A stretch of DNA of 49,622 nt, counting the filler, from Jimgerdemannia flammicorona (taxonomy: Eukaryota): NCBI GenBank assembly GCA_003990765.1. It is 2 parts of 2 records of this genome, joined end to end, with 100 filler letters (N's around TTAATTAATTAA, not from the genome) between each part and the next. Parts side by side here need not be neighbours in the genome. Positions count along the whole stretch, not along the records: positions 24,863 to 49,622 come from RBNJ01000929.1; 1 more part is not named here. One strand, 5' to 3'. Positions 25,684 to 39,472 of the stretch are shown here, one piece after another. The notes below the pieces were generated by a model, which was given only the letters and a program-made list of their open reading frames with translations, was not told where the DNA came from and searched no databases. Position 1 is the stretch's first letter, and every line of letters begins with the position of its first letter. Both the position numbers and the translations under genes were made by a program.

Positions 25684-28600
25684 CTTGCAGCCTCTTTCAA
25701 TCTCATTCAACAGATACCAACAGACAAACCCTCCTGCCTATAGGCAAAAACTTTTGCCTGAATGTCCTCTACCCATGTGTCCCACAATCTCTTCTCAGCC
25801 AGTAGAGAGGAGTTAAGACACTAATGTCTGGGTCTATCTCCACTCCCCCCCAAACTGCCCCTGCCCCAAAAGTCTCCAGTGATCAGACCATGGACACCAC
25901 TCTCTTTCAGACATCTGAACCCTAACACTTGGCCATCAAAATCCAATCAATCCTTGTACCCAAGCCATTCACCCAATGTGTGTAGACCCTAGTATCACCC
26001 CACCTTATTCTGGCCATATCCCCTAAGGAGCTCAAATTCTCCACCTCCTCCCGAGTATCCAGACCTCCACTTCTCCCCCCTGCATTCCTCCCTCCATCAG
26101 TTCAGTCTAAATACTGATTCCAAACCATATTAAAGTCCCCACCAAGAACATTGACCCCTTCTTCCAAGAAAATACTCTCCTCCAGCAGCTCCTTAATCTA
26201 TACAGTCCTCTCACCCCTAACTGCTGGACAGTAGCAAGAGCCAACCCTCACTAACTCCCATCCTTGCTAGTGCCAATCTCCCCAGACCAAGTGATCCCCC
26301 CAGCTCCTGATTCCTCCTAAGTCTCCCCTATCCTTCCTTACCAGAATCACCACTTTTCCAAACCAAGCAGTAGCCCCACCCCATTCCTGAGTCCACTCTA
26401 CCCAATCATCCTCATCCTTACACTATACATCCTGTAGTAAAAAGAGATCAGCCTCCAATCCCTTGAGCCAAGTAAAAATGTTCTTATACCACCCAGCTCC
26501 CCATAGTCCATTCATATTCAAAGAGAAAATGTTGGTTGTACTGTTCATAAGAAAAGTGTTATATAGTGATCCCAACCTCTACAAGTCCACATTCAGCTCC
26601 TCCTGCACTAAGTCCAAGTTATGTTCAGCAGTTAACTCCCTTTCGCCAGCCTCCCGCACCTCCAACCCTCTCAGAAGTTCTACCATCCTCATCCTCCCTC
26701 TCTTCAAAGTCCTCATGATACTCCAGACAGGTCTTCTGCCAGAGCTGCAAACCATGATGCTCTGCCCAACAGTAGGCAGCCCACTCACTAGTGACAGCCC
26801 CCAGCTCCACCTTCCTTACCTCATCAATCTCATATCCCTCCTCCTCCAGGAAGATCACAAGTATCTCCACCTTCAGTACCTCCAACACTCCATCTCTATG
26901 CAGAATCCTTGCCCAATGCTCCTCAGATATGACCCATAGATCCACTTCACCCAATGCCTCTGCTGTAATATTATCTATTACCTTGCTCATCTACAGCAAG
27001 TTGCCCACCTCCTTCCCTCCCGGAGTCCCTGGCCTCTGTGTATCCAACATTGTGGTATCAGCTCCTATACTAGCTGCCTCATCCCACTCCTCCTCTGGGA
27101 CATCCACCAGCTCATCCTCCCTAACTGCCACCACCTGACCCCCTTTTGCTATGTTGGGGACTCCAAAGTGTACCTGCTGGGCCCCCTTCATCAATACATC
27201 ATCCACTGCCCTTCTATTTACCACTGGGCCCTTCCTAACAAGAGAAGGGGGGGTGGCATCCAACTCTTGCTCCCAGACTTCAAATGTACCATCTGTATAG
27301 GGGTCCTTGTTCAGTACCTTCTCAGCCCCTTCCTCATTCACCTCCACCTCTCTTCCTCCTTTACTAGCCCAGATACTGGCTTTGATGCCCCCAGCCTCTC
27401 CAGTGCTATCCACCTTCTTCTCAGCCCCTCCACTTATACTTGCCAACAGCTCTTTCTGCCACCTGCACCCCTAGGCCCACTCCCACTGCCCTTTGTCAGT
27501 TTGAATCCTCTTACCATCAATAATCTCCAGATATGTTGACTTCTCATATAATTTCCAAGCCTTTGCCCTCCTCTCAACAGCACCACTCAACTCTTCCAGT
27601 GCCTCCAATAAGTTCTCTTCCTCCTCTTCATACCCTCTCACCCTTGACATCTTACAGACAAAGGGCCCCCACATCAACACTGAGGGCCAGTCACTCATCT
27701 TCTCTGTGGCCTCCCTTCCTGCCAGTCTAATCCTCACATCCATGTCATCAGTCCTAATAGAGGTCCCCTCCCACACCTGGAACCTGATATCCACCACATC
27801 ACTATAATCTGCCATTACCTCCTCTACCCTCCTCCTAGTCTCCTCCTTCATCACAGTAGGCACCCCCTTCACTAGCAACTGTACAACTCTGGAGTCCCAC
27901 CTCAGGCAGCACATCATGGGGACTACCACCTCACCAACTACCACTCCAGACTTCAGTGCCTCTTCCAGTGGTCCCACCTCCTCAAAGCCCACCTTGACTC
28001 TCTCCAGGCCCTTTAAGAACTTCACTGAGGCAGCCCCAGTCACCTGCTTTGATACTAGCCCCAAGACCATCCTCGCCATTACTGCCAAACCTCAGAAGCA
28101 CAGTGTCACTACAAACTCTGAGATTGACTTCCTGAGTAACAGTGCCACCATCAGCCCTGTCACACCATTGGCCAGATCTCCCTTCCACTTTGGGAACCCC
28201 TGACCCTCACCTCCATCAGCTATCACATCTCTCTTTTTTTCCTGATTGCCCATTACACTGCCATCAGCAGTCCCATCTCTAGCCACTGCACCACCAGCAC
28301 CTATACTCACATCCCCCCCCTGGGTACCTCTCCCCTTCTCTAGGTTTGCCTTGTCCTTTCCTATCACAGCACCAGCTGGAGACCCAGCCAGCCATCCACT
28401 CTCCTTCACCTTATCAGCAAAGCTGGAGGGGTCAGCCCTTCCCCCAATACCACCTAACACTAGTCCTCCTCCAGAGTCTTCACCACCTTTTGATCCTCCA
28501 AAGGCCCCCATCTCCAGGCCATAACCCCTCCCTACCTTCTGCCAGCCAAATACTCCAGATCCCCCCAATTCAGTACACCCATCAGAACTCTTGCTTGAAG

Positions 28601-28690
28601 ATATTTTGCTAGTACTTTTTCTTTGAGTTGTATGGAAAACTATTGCTTGAAGTTTGTATTATGTGAATTATATGGGAGAAAGGGTGTGTA
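25684..28690 (-). mobile_element. LINE copy D (5' UTR, ORF1, APE domain; RT missing)
   Basis: ORF1 pieces 28092-28568, 27471-28088, 26991-27446 and 26579-26990. ORF2 ATG at 26548 (MNSTTNIFSLNMNG) with APE motifs. Ends at 25684. Confidence 0.9.
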
Positions 28691-29163
28691 GACTTTTGTT
28701 TACACAAATGTCATTGCCATAGGGCTAAATACTAATGTACATTTTGCCATCATCTTTGCTGTCATCTTTAAGTTATTTTGCCATTATCTGCCTTGTCTGT
28801 CATTACCTGATGAATGACCTATACCTTATTGACAAATGACCTATACCTCATTGCAAATGGAAAGCTTATATGGGCAGCCTTGTTTTATAAACTTTTCGAC
28901 GTCAATGTACTCCACTATTCATATATGTTTCATGGTTACCATACCAACTCCTATGTATTTGTAATGTAATTTGTTGGTTTTTTTTGCCAGACTTCAACTC
29001 ACTGATGATATGGTTTCAGATATCAGTAAACAACTTTTTCATTATTTAAAAGAAGTTAAAATGGTATGGAGAGGTAGAGAATATCAAAATAAATATATGA
29101 AAAAATTTTTAAATATTTAGCTTTATTATAAAATAAATTATGGCATAAAGAATGTTAAGATAA

Positions 29164-29380
29164 GGATGAGGGACAAAAATGGGCCAATGATTAATTTAAC
29201 TTTAAATAGTAATAACTATGTAATTAATTAACCAAATATAGATAAATTTTATATTTTCCAAAAGATATATAATTATTTTATTATTTGTTAAAATATCAAT
29301 TTAATAAAATTTATATTTAAATTATAATAAATTTATAAAGTAATAATTATATAACATTGGCCCATTTTTGTTTCTCACTA
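29164..29380. mobile_element. Small MITE, probably Tc1/mariner-like
   Basis: Inverted repeats TGAGGGACAAAAATGGGCCAATG (29167-29189) and CATTGGCCCATTTTTGTTTCTCA (29355-29377) around an AT-rich core. TA dinucleotides at the flanks. Confidence 0.65.
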
Positions 29381-29479
29381 TATCTATATGTTAATCATAA
29401 ATGAAATTTTGCCTGCTGAATTCTGCTTATTGAATGTGAGATTAAATTAGTGTGCTCTTTAAAAATATATATATAATTC

Positions 29480-30619
29480 AGCTTATAAAGTTCATGGTAC
29501 TGCTTTTATTTTATCTGAAGTATCTAGCAGAGATTGTCATGCACCTTCCTATAGGCCTCCAGAATATCTTTATTAATAGTGTCAGTACTTGGAAAATATA
29601 AAATCATTCTTGAGGACGTTAAAGATACTATGCAATTGATCACTCTTAATGATTGTAAATAGCTGGTCTATATACAATCTAGCAAATAAGCTAATTTCAA
29701 AATTCTGCTGAAGTGTATAATTAAATATTTTTGATTAAATGGGGTTGTTTGTACAGAAATGGTCAGGCAATTGGATAAACATACCCACCATAGCTTAGAT
29801 ATCGATTTTATTTATCTCCATATTCTTTTAGATTTTGTCAGAGTTCTTGTCTTTTATATATCAATATATATTTGAAGTCAAACTAATAAGCATTTTGAAC
29901 TTCTGGCTGTACAGTTTATTGGAGTGGATGAAATAAATCATATATATATCAAATCAAAGTCTCAGTTATATCATAGGTGTGTCTTCTTTTTTTTAATTTT
30001 TTATCTGTAATAGTTATAAACAATATCGTCTCCCATCTTAGTATAATATTGTCAGATTTTAGAGCAAGGAATGCATAGAAGGTGTGGAATTATCAGAGAT
30101 GTTTAACTTGAAGCATCATCAGTACTGGGAACTGTTGAAGACTGATCTATTGATATATTGTTTGTATATTTATATATATATACATATGTTTACATGTATA
30201 TATATTGTGTATATAGACATATCTAATATATAAGTTATATGAAGGATTTGGATTAGAGGATTTGGATTAGAGGATTTGGATTGAAGGATTTGATTGAAGG
30301 ATTCAGATAAGGATTTGGATTGAAGAATTTAAATTAGAGGATTTGGATTAAAGAATTCGAATTAGAGGATTCAAATTGAAGGATTTAAATTGGATAATTT
30401 GGATTGAGTAATTCAGATTGAGTGATTCAGACTGAGTAAATTAGATTATATGGTTTGGATTAAGTAGTTCAGATGGGGTAATTCAGATGGGGTAATTTGG
30501 ATAGATGATTTGGATTAATCTGAATTAATTCAGATTGCTTTAGATTTAAGATTAAGATCAAACCATTATATGATGAATTGAATCTAGATTTGATTCAAAT
30601 TGACTCATTTTGAGCACTA
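29480..30619 (-). mobile_element. Decayed 5' half of an autonomous-type hAT transposon
   Basis: Terminus TAGTGCTC at 30619 matching the MITEs and subterminal GAGGATTTGGATTA-type repeats 30240-30600. Mutated BED-finger-like KLYSQKFKMLISLTSNIY*YIKDKN (about 29845-29920), then FTIIKS...FPSTDTINKDILEAYRKVHDNL (about 29530-29660). Confidence 0.65.
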
Positions 30620-30830
30620 GTCTATGGTGACAAGTACTGAAATTAGGTGGAGGATAGAGGAGGTGATAATAGAGTATAGTGATATAGTAGATATTGATTT
30701 CCAAGTATGGAAGCAGATATCTTTCAGAACTTATTTGGCTTTAACTTGCAGGGAATGAAGCTACAGGAAAGATGGAGGAGATGAATCTATTAAAGGTGTT
30801 AGAGAACTTGAGTGTAACAGTAGAATATTA
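30620..30830 (+). mobile_element. Short LINE ORF1 fragment
   Basis: Translates to ...EEVIIEYSDIVDIDFQVWK..., matching ORF1 of the other copies. Confidence 0.7.
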
Positions 30831-30837
30831 TTTATAC

Positions 30838-32480
30838 TGTAATAAACTAAGATGTACCACCCAAATTATACCTTAGCTAGATGATATGAACAATTAGCCA
30901 GATGATGTGAACATACAGTGAGTACTCCCAATAAATCAAATCGTATTGAATTTGGCCCAAACTTGATTTGATTCGATCAAATCGAGGGTCTAATTCGATT
31001 CAATTTGAATCGAATCAAAGGTCCAATTCGATTCGAAGTTCGATTCGAACCTTAATTTTCAAAATGTAATAACTCGACGAAATCTCATCCAAATTTAACT
31101 TATTTTAGCTTGTTAGATTCACCATATTAATGTGATTCTAACAAGCTAAAACCCGTTAGATTTGGATGAGTTTACGCTGAGGTATTGCATTTTGAAAATT
31201 AGGGTTTGAATCAGACCCTCAATTCGATTCAACTCATTTAACCCTCAATTTGATTTGATTCAAATTGATTTGACTTATTTGGGAGCACTACACACAGCAT
31301 AGTAACCAGCAACCATTGCTGTGGAAACTACATAAATAGCCAGACTACCGGATAAGATACAGTAGCAAATCTATAGTTAGCCACATAGCAACTATATAGC
31401 AACCAACTTGTATAAATTACCCTAGAGACAAAAGTGAATAAACCTCAGTTTGAAAATTGAATCCAAAAAGCAAAAGACAAGTCTGCCTACTATACTTTGA
31501 GGGATATGCCTGCCAAATAACACTTGATTCAGGAAGGATTGTAGCACTTAGAAGAAACACCTGCTCTAAAGCCACTACTAGGAGATTGTGAGCATTGGTT
31601 CTCTTTTTCCACTCCAGTCTACTTTCCAATATAAAGAATGAGTCCATTTTTGGTTCACTTGCCAGATAAGCCTAAAGATTTGCTACTCAAGTTCAAGGAA
31701 GAACTTTGCCACCATTTCTAAGTTATCTGCCATATTTCTAGTAAAAGCCACCAATTCAGGAAGAATCCATGCCATCATATTATGCCACCAATTCAGGAAG
31801 AATCTGTACCATCCAAGTTATTTCCCAGAAGTCTGCCAATTCAGGAAGAATCAGCACCATCCGAGTTATTTTCCAGAAACCTGCTGATTCAGGAGAATCT
31901 GTATCATCTGCTGTTTTCTAGTTATCCATATTCCCAGAAGAGTCATCTGAGTTATTCATTGTTCTCAGTGAGCCTGGTATAGAAGAAACTACGCTAGTAT
32001 AATTCCCAGTGAGCCAAATCAAGTTGTCTGCCAAATCCACATAAGGAAATCACCAAGATCATCCTGCATAAGGAATCCACTTGTGCTACACAAGATCATA
32101 ATGCAGAAATTGTATAAGGAGAACTGCTAAATTACCAGACCATTATGTATAAGGTAATCATCATGCTATACAAAGAAATCACCTGCTACTTAAGAAGAAA
32201 ACCACTTGTGCTATATACAAATTCTGCCAATTCCCAGTTGATCCAAGAAGGAAACCCATCCACACAAATCGCCACTACATCCAGAGAACCATCCCAATTA
32301 GGAAATCAACATACAAATCACTCACAGATATCCAGCTTTGACTATTATACTACTAAATACCAAGGACCTCAGGAATCTTAGAACATTTTGTTACTTTTTG
32401 ACAAAGTAACTGGGGGCTCAAGCCAAACTACATCAATCCCCAACCTTGTAATTTGCCTCCATTGAGCCAGGAAGGTTACA
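30838..32480 (+). repeat. 5' LTR of gypsy element 1 (contains a MITE)
   Basis: TGTAAT...GTTACA. Direct repeat of 40012-41419. Confidence 0.93.
30920..31290. mobile_element. hAT-type MITE 3 inserted in the 5' LTR
   Basis: Termini GAGTACTCCC...GGGAGCACTA, palindromic body, 8-bp TSD CATACAGT/CACACAGC. Absent from the 3' LTR. Confidence 0.85.
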
Positions 32481-32482
32481 TC

Positions 32483-32499
32483 TTGGGGCTCAACTGGGA
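32483..32499 (+). promoter_or_regulatory. Primer-binding site, probably tRNA-Pro
   Basis: TTGGGGCTCAACTGGGA just after the LTR. Resembles the tRNA-Pro PBS TGGGGGCTCGTCCGGGAT. Confidence 0.7.
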
Positions 32500-32519
32500 A
32501 GATTTCAAAAATCAAAATG

Positions 32520-35500
32520 ACTTTTCAGCTTATAGGAACTCACAGTCAAACTGGATACATTTGACACAATACCAACCTCTGCTACTACAAGAGAACCAGT
32601 TATCACCAGTATCTGGACAGGAAGAGAAGTAATCACCTTAAGACTTGCCAACTACCCAGTATCAGAAGGTTTCCAACCAGAAGGCAGTACAGCCCAAAAT
32701 CCCCAACCAGATCAACCAGACCATATAGACAGCCCTGCTAGAGATTTTGGAGAACTTGCACAAGAACTAGAAGATCTTATTATATGAACCCAAGACCTTA
32801 CTGCCAGATACCCCATACTAGTCTCATCAATCTCACCAATAGAACCTTTACCACAACCCCTCACAGAGTTAAAAGTAACTTCTACAAGAATACCTAGGCT
32901 TATTCTACTTTGTCTAAGGCCCAGAACACTATCCTCAAGATACTCAAGTACCTGTATTTCCAGTGGCAGTTCAGAAAGCAAATCAGAATCAGAATCCTAA
33001 CCTGAACCAGAATCAGAAGAAAGTGATAATGAAATGGCCACCTCATTGCCAATCTTTGCAGGATACCTGGAAGAAGACCCTAGAGAATTTCTTGATAGAA
33101 TTGAAAGAATCGCAGTCTTGAGAAATCTCCATCTACAAGGCTCAGCTTAGAAAACCAGACAGGGGAATTTTCCATCAAACAGCAAATAACCCAGATTCAG
33201 AACTGGTGAGACAGATACAACCAGCAATGTCTTATGAGCTAGAATATGAGGCCATGGTCCACTGGCTTATTGAAAAGTATGCAGGAAATGAAACCTGCCA
33301 CAATGCTCAGAAATCCATCATGGGGGTGAAAATGAATCTTGGAGAATTACCCAGAGCCTTCTTCACAAGAATCCAGAAGAGAATGCATGCTACTACATTC
33401 AATGCTACCAACAGGACATTATAGGTCTAATGACCTTTATGAATGGAATTCCTCCAAACATTGCCCAGCATGTCTGTACCCTAGACATCAGAAGATCAGA
33501 AGAGCAAGTAGATGCAGCCCAAGGATTCTTTGATGTCAGACAAGGAACTACCTGGAGTGATCATGATAAGAAAGAAGATAAAGAAGATATCCTGGTCAAA
33601 GCCCTACAAGAACTCCTTCAAGGACAAGAAAGATCCGAAGAAAGAAGACCAGCTAAGGAAGAAAAGAAGGACAGAAGTAAAATCCAAGACCTCACCTCCA
33701 AATTGGACCAATTGGTTGGACAGATTAAAAAACTTACCATATGTGAAAATCGGAGCTATCAAGACAACAGAGGATATCCACCACAGAGGAGCCAAGGTTA
33801 TTCACCAAGAGATAACAGGAATTACCAGCAAGAAGAAAGAAGGTACTCTGTCTGAGACAGAGCCCAAGTCCAATGCTTTTACTGTGGACAATTCAGACAC
33901 TATGCCACCAAATGTGACAATAAAAGAAGTGACCTAAGGGACTCAGAACTACCAAACTGAATGAATGACACTCAGTACAAGAAGACTGAAGCCCATCCTG
34001 TCAAAGATTTCGAGAAAGCAAGCAACAGTGAAGACTACAGTGATCTAGACTTATATCCTACCAAGGTTACCACCTGAAAAACAGTCTACCCAGCAGAGAA
34101 ACGGAAGAGACCTGTAGGAAGGCCATCCAGAAATGTCAGCAGAAGAACTATCCAAGAGAAAGATTAAGAACATGAAGAAGAACAAGTAGAAATACCTCCC
34201 TGAACCCCCTCAACTTTTGTCCTAGAAGCAAATGAGCTGCTACCAGAAGATGAAGAAATAGAACAAGAAGAATGGGAACCTGCTGCTCCAAAGCCCAAGA
34301 AGAAGTACACCCCAAAGACCATGCCTAGAGACATCTACAATAAAGCCTGGCAGAAGATGCAAGAGGCTAAGATAGAAGTTCCCCTCCTGCAGTTCTTGCA
34401 ATTGACACCAGCTGGAGTCTGAAACAAATTACTGAGAACTACCAGGTCTAGCACTGGCTGAGTCCCAATCCCACAGCAGGAACCAGTTCCCATCCCTGTT
34501 CAGGCAGCTGAAAGACATGTCAGCACCTACCTACATAGAGATATTGGAGGACAAAAGGTGAAGATCTTCATAGACACAGGAGCAGCTGTCCATGTCATTG
34601 CCAAATGGTTCCTAGACACCCTCCAATTGTCCATTGATGGACCTTCCAACCTTAGCATCATAGTAGCAGATGGAGCCCGAACTCAACCCCTTGGAGAAGT
34701 ACAAAATATCACCATCTCTCTTGGATACATTCAGTTCTCCATCCCCAAAGCTATTGTTAATGAAGCTGTCACCTATAACATAATCTTGGTACCAACTGGA
34801 TGAATGCAGTTGTTGATATTGGCCAACAAGTACTCAAGATTGACTACCAAGGCAAGAAGTACACAGTCAAGGTGACCAGCTATGAGCAATTGAAGAAGAA
34901 GAAAAAGGTAACTATTCAGGAAGAATATGCCAGCAGTAAGGAGTCTACTATAGAAGAGGAAGAAGAATCTGAAGATGGAAATGATCCCAGAATCAATCTC
35001 TGAATTAACCAGGTAGATGACAGACCAGAAGACATTGTGTGGGCTAAGAACACCATCCCCATCACTATTGGAGCCATTGCAGGAGAAGCCAAAGGATGCC
35101 CTATCTGCCTCAAGAGACACAAGTGTCCTGAGCAATCCTCCAAGATCATGGGAATAAGGAAATCGCCTGGCACAGCCTGCCCAGAGTGCAGAAGGAAGAA
35201 GAAGAAATGCAGACATATTCCAGAAATACCTGCAACCGAAGCCACAGAAGTACAAGCTATTTGGGGTCAAAAATCATCCAAGGAAGAAGAAACTTCTGAT
35301 CAAGAAGTCTCTGAACAAGAAGCACCTGAAGAAGAAGAGATCTCTGAACTCATTCCCTTGGATGATCCTCGTTGGACACCACCTGAAGACAATGACCCTT
35401 GGAATACAGAAGAAGGCCCTAGTATAATCACCATTATCAGGAAAGAAACTCACCAAGAAAAAGCTTTTTGGCTAGAAAGATGTCCACACCAAATAGTCTT

Positions 35501-38500
35501 CCACTCTCCCCAAGACTACTGCTATCAGTGCTATTTACTAGACCAAGAGGAGAGACAGAGACCCCAGAGACCAGAACCTCTGAATATACTTACACAGTCA
35601 ACTGCCTTTCAAGAAGTCACCACCAAATTGCAAAGCTGATTCAGGGGGCAAGGCTTCTTCACTCAGACAGAAATATATCCCTTGTCTACTCTTCTACTCA
35701 CTTATGACCAAGATGGGTACCAATTCCCAAGGCAACCAGAGATCAACAGCCAGGAATACCATTTCCAAGCAATGGGATATTGCAATCATGGGAGACACTC
35801 TGACTGCTGAGACTGCAGACATCAGAAGATTCACCTCAGTCATGATGTTGCAATCCATACTTTAAAGAGAGAAAACAACAGAGGCCAGATCTGAAAAAGT
35901 CAAACCAAGAAGCCAGGAAGAAGAATCCTCAAGATCTATGATTTAGTAGAAGACATCCTAGCTCTCATCAGATATGCAACCTACAAAGGATGGGCAGAGG
36001 ATACCACCAACTTCATGAAAGCCCTAGACCCTACAAGAAGAAGGGGAATCAACTATCTCTGAGACCCCTCTACTGGAGCCAGATGGCCACACCTCAACCT
36101 CAGAGCCTGGAGACTCTCCACTAGTAGAGCTTCAGCCTTAAGAAGGCCTGAACTCAGCAAGGATATTGCCCAGTATGTCCTGCTGCACCCCAAGGCCAAA
36201 CCCCCGACCAAAGCCCCCCCAGAGGATGTAGGGTATGATCTTCACAGTCTGGAGGATGAATCTATCAAGTCTGGAAAAACCTTCATGAATAGAACTAGAT
36301 TGGCCATGCAGCCACCCCAAGGAGCTTACATCTAATTGACCTCAAGGTCTGGACTTGCCAGACAAGGAATAACTGTAGAAGGAGGAACCATTGACCCAGG
36401 ATATATAGGCAAAATCAAGGTCATCCTACACAATAGCAGTGCAGAATGGCACCAAATTATTAGAGGACAGAAGATTGCCCAAGCAGTCTTCATGAAAGTC
36501 AACACCCCACAGTTACAAGAAGTCCCTGAACTAACTGAAGAAACAAGACAAGCTAAGGGATTTGGAAGTTTAGATAGAAAGGAAGTACACCTTCTTCAAG
36601 TCAACCACCTCAAGAGAAATATTCCCCAGCAAGTATATTGGCAACCAGTCAGACTGCACAAGAATCTTATCCTGGAGCCCAGAGAACAAACAACCTTCGA
36701 AATCTTTGTACCACCAGATCCCAGAAACCTTTTCTTTGAACCCAAGGAAGATATTTCCCACCTGGATATAGAGGGACACACATTCCCTGACAAGATGAAC
36801 CCAGTACACTCCCGAGCAACCAACCAAAGTTGAGAGACCATCATCTTGCCAAAAGGAACCATCATAGGACATCTGGTGCCTTTTCACAACTGAACTCTTA
36901 GGGAAGTTTATGAACTAAACCTATTGGGAAACAGCAAAAGGTCCTAGAAGAAAGGAGAGGCCCCTCTGCGACTGAGGAGACAGCAAAGCCTTCCACCAAT
37001 ATTGGAGAAGAATTAACACTTCAACAACAATAACAACTAGTAGAACTTCTCAACAAACATCAAGATATCTTCACCACTGATTATGGCAATCTGGCATACA
37101 ATCCATCATATTACCACAGCATAAATACAGAAAATGTAACACCCATCTGGTGGAAACCCTATAGAATACCCCATCACTTGAAAACATTCGAAAAGGAGCA
37201 CATCCAAGAACTCTTAGACAATAGAGTCATCCGACCCTCTACCAGCCCTTGGGCTAGCCCTATACTTATTATACCAAAGAAAGGTAGATGGAGACTTTGT
37301 GTAGAATATAAGAAACTCAATTCAGTTACTGAGAAAGATGCTTATCCTTTGCCAAGAATCAATGACCTTTTGGACCAGTTACAAGATGCCAGATACTTCA
37401 GCAGTATGGACCTCTTCACAGGATTCCATGAGATCCCCATGGACCCCAAAGACATTTAAAAGACAGCATTTCTTGCCCTAGAAAAACTGTTTGAATACCT
37501 TTGAATGCCATTTGGACTTTGCAATATATCCCCCACCTTCCAGAGGATGATGAATTCAGTCTATGCTCCTCTGATCCACTACTGCCTGATTTTATACATG
37601 GATGATTCCAACATCTATTCAGCAAATTTTGAAGAACACCTGCACCACCTAGAGGAATTCTTCAAGCTCACCCACAAGAATCACTAGAGATTGAATGTAA
37701 AGAAATGCTACTTTTGGAAACAGAAACTTGAATTCCTGGGATTTATGGTTTCAAAAGATAGAACTTATGCAGACCCAAAGAAAACCAAGAAGATCAACAA
37801 TTGGCCAGTACCCAAGACCCCAAAAGAAACACTATTATTCCTGATGCTAGTATCCTACCACAGAAGGTTTATCAAGGATTTTGCCCAAATCACTGCCTCA
37901 ATATGAATCCTTCTCAAGAAAGGAGTACTATTCAAATGGACAGAATCACAAGAAAAAGCCTTTAAAAAACTCAAGAACTGCATGACTGCAGCACTAATCC
38001 TTGTATGCCCAAATCTATAGAAGACATTCATCTTGTATACAGATGCTTCCAAAGATGGCCTAGGAGCAGTTCTAGCCCAAGAAGGACCTAACCAATAGTA
38101 CCATATAATAGCTTATGCAAGCAGAGCTACCAATCAGCAGCAGATGAACTATGGTAGTACCAAACTGGAATGTCTTGCAGTCATATGGGCAGTCACTCTG
38201 TTCAAGCATTACCTTATTGGAAAAAGATTCACCCTGATCACAGACTATGCAGCCCTCAAATGATTATTCAACTATAAGGAACCAACTGGAATTCTAGCCC
38301 AATGGATCCTTATTCTTCAAGATTACAAAATCACTATCATCCTCAAAGCAGGGAAAGCCCACAACAATGTTGATGTACTTTCCTGCTAACCTCAATGAAT
38401 CAGAAGAAGTATGTCCTAAGGAACTACACCCTAAAGGAAGCTCCTCATACTGAAGGCACAAGAAGATCCTATCTGAAAAGAACATCAGAAAGCCCACCAA

Positions 38501-39472
38501 GGACAGGTGAATGTAGAAGAGAAGCTGCAAACAACATACCAACATTGGTCCAACCTTAGAACACAAGTCTGGGACATACTCAAGAGATGTGACACCTGCC
38601 AGAAGTACTAAGGAAGGAAGAACTATCAAGCACCACTATAACCAATCACACCACCAGACAACATCTTTCAGAGATGGGGAATAGATGTAATTAGACCTCT
38701 ACCAGTTACACCAAGAAAAAAAAAATATATCCTTGTATTTGTGGAATATCTGACCAAGTGGCCTGAGGCTTTCCCAATGGATATTGTGGATGCCCTAACC
38801 ATTGTAGACCTTCTCCATAGACTCACACTCAGATATGGACCCCCAGAAGAACTCATCTTGGACTAAGGTACAGAATTCATCAACAATATAATCACAAGTT
38901 ATACTTGAATTTACAAGATACATCTCAAATAGACTACATCATACCATCCCCAGACCAATTATATGACAGAAAGGATGAACCAGACCATCAAGAAAAGACT
39001 TGCCTGAGTCAATTTTATCAATTGGGACCTCTGCTTAACTGAGATCCTATGGGAAATTCAGAACACCCCTGCTGTCTCAACCAAATAAAAGCCATTTCAA
39101 ATGATGTTTGCCAAGAAAACAAGAACTGCTGACAATGAGAACCTCAGAGATCTCCTCAAGAAGGCAGAATAGTTATGTAATTAGGCCCAAGGTCAGATTA
39201 TCAAAGCTCAAGAAAGATACAAGAAGTACTATAACCAAAGACAGAAGGATCAGGAGATCAAGATTGGAGATCAAGTACTTATTTGGAGAAGTATGATGGA
39301 AATGAATTTTGCTGCCAAACTGGAACCAAAATGGAAAGGACCTTATCTTACACATAACATCAGAGGAACCAGCATCTATTTAAGAAGCATGGATGGATGA
39401 ACTCTCAGAACACCAGTAAACATCAATCACCTCAAGATATATCTTTCTCCACATCATGAATCAAAAAGTTGA
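32520..39472 (+). pseudogene. gag-pol polyprotein, disrupted
   Basis: Capsid-like LPIFAGY..EDPREFLD, zinc knuckle CFYCGQFRHYATKC (about 33874), protease FIDTGAA (34564). RT: SPWASP, WRLCVEYKKLN, YPLPRI, MPFGL, YMDD. RNase H: LYTDASKDGLGAVL. Integrase: RWGIDVI, YHPQTN, PKWKGPY. Confidence 0.93.
36171..36572 (+). pseudogene. dUTPase domain within pol
   Basis: All five trimeric dUTPase motifs: VGYDL, SRSGLA, GTIDPGYIGKIKVIL, GQKIAQ, RQAKGFGS. One in-frame stop at about 36333. Confidence 0.93.

Noticed and set aside
30240..30600. GGATTAGA/GGATTT repeats resembling telomeric or satellite DNA
   Set aside because: Better explained as subterminal repeats of the hAT element ending at 30619.
31750..31900. 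Regularly spaced TTCAGGAAGAATC repeats (also 40600-40840, 46610-46860) resembling a CRISPR array
   Set aside because: The intervening sequences are related to each other, the array lies inside LTRs of a eukaryotic retrotransposon, and there are no cas genes.
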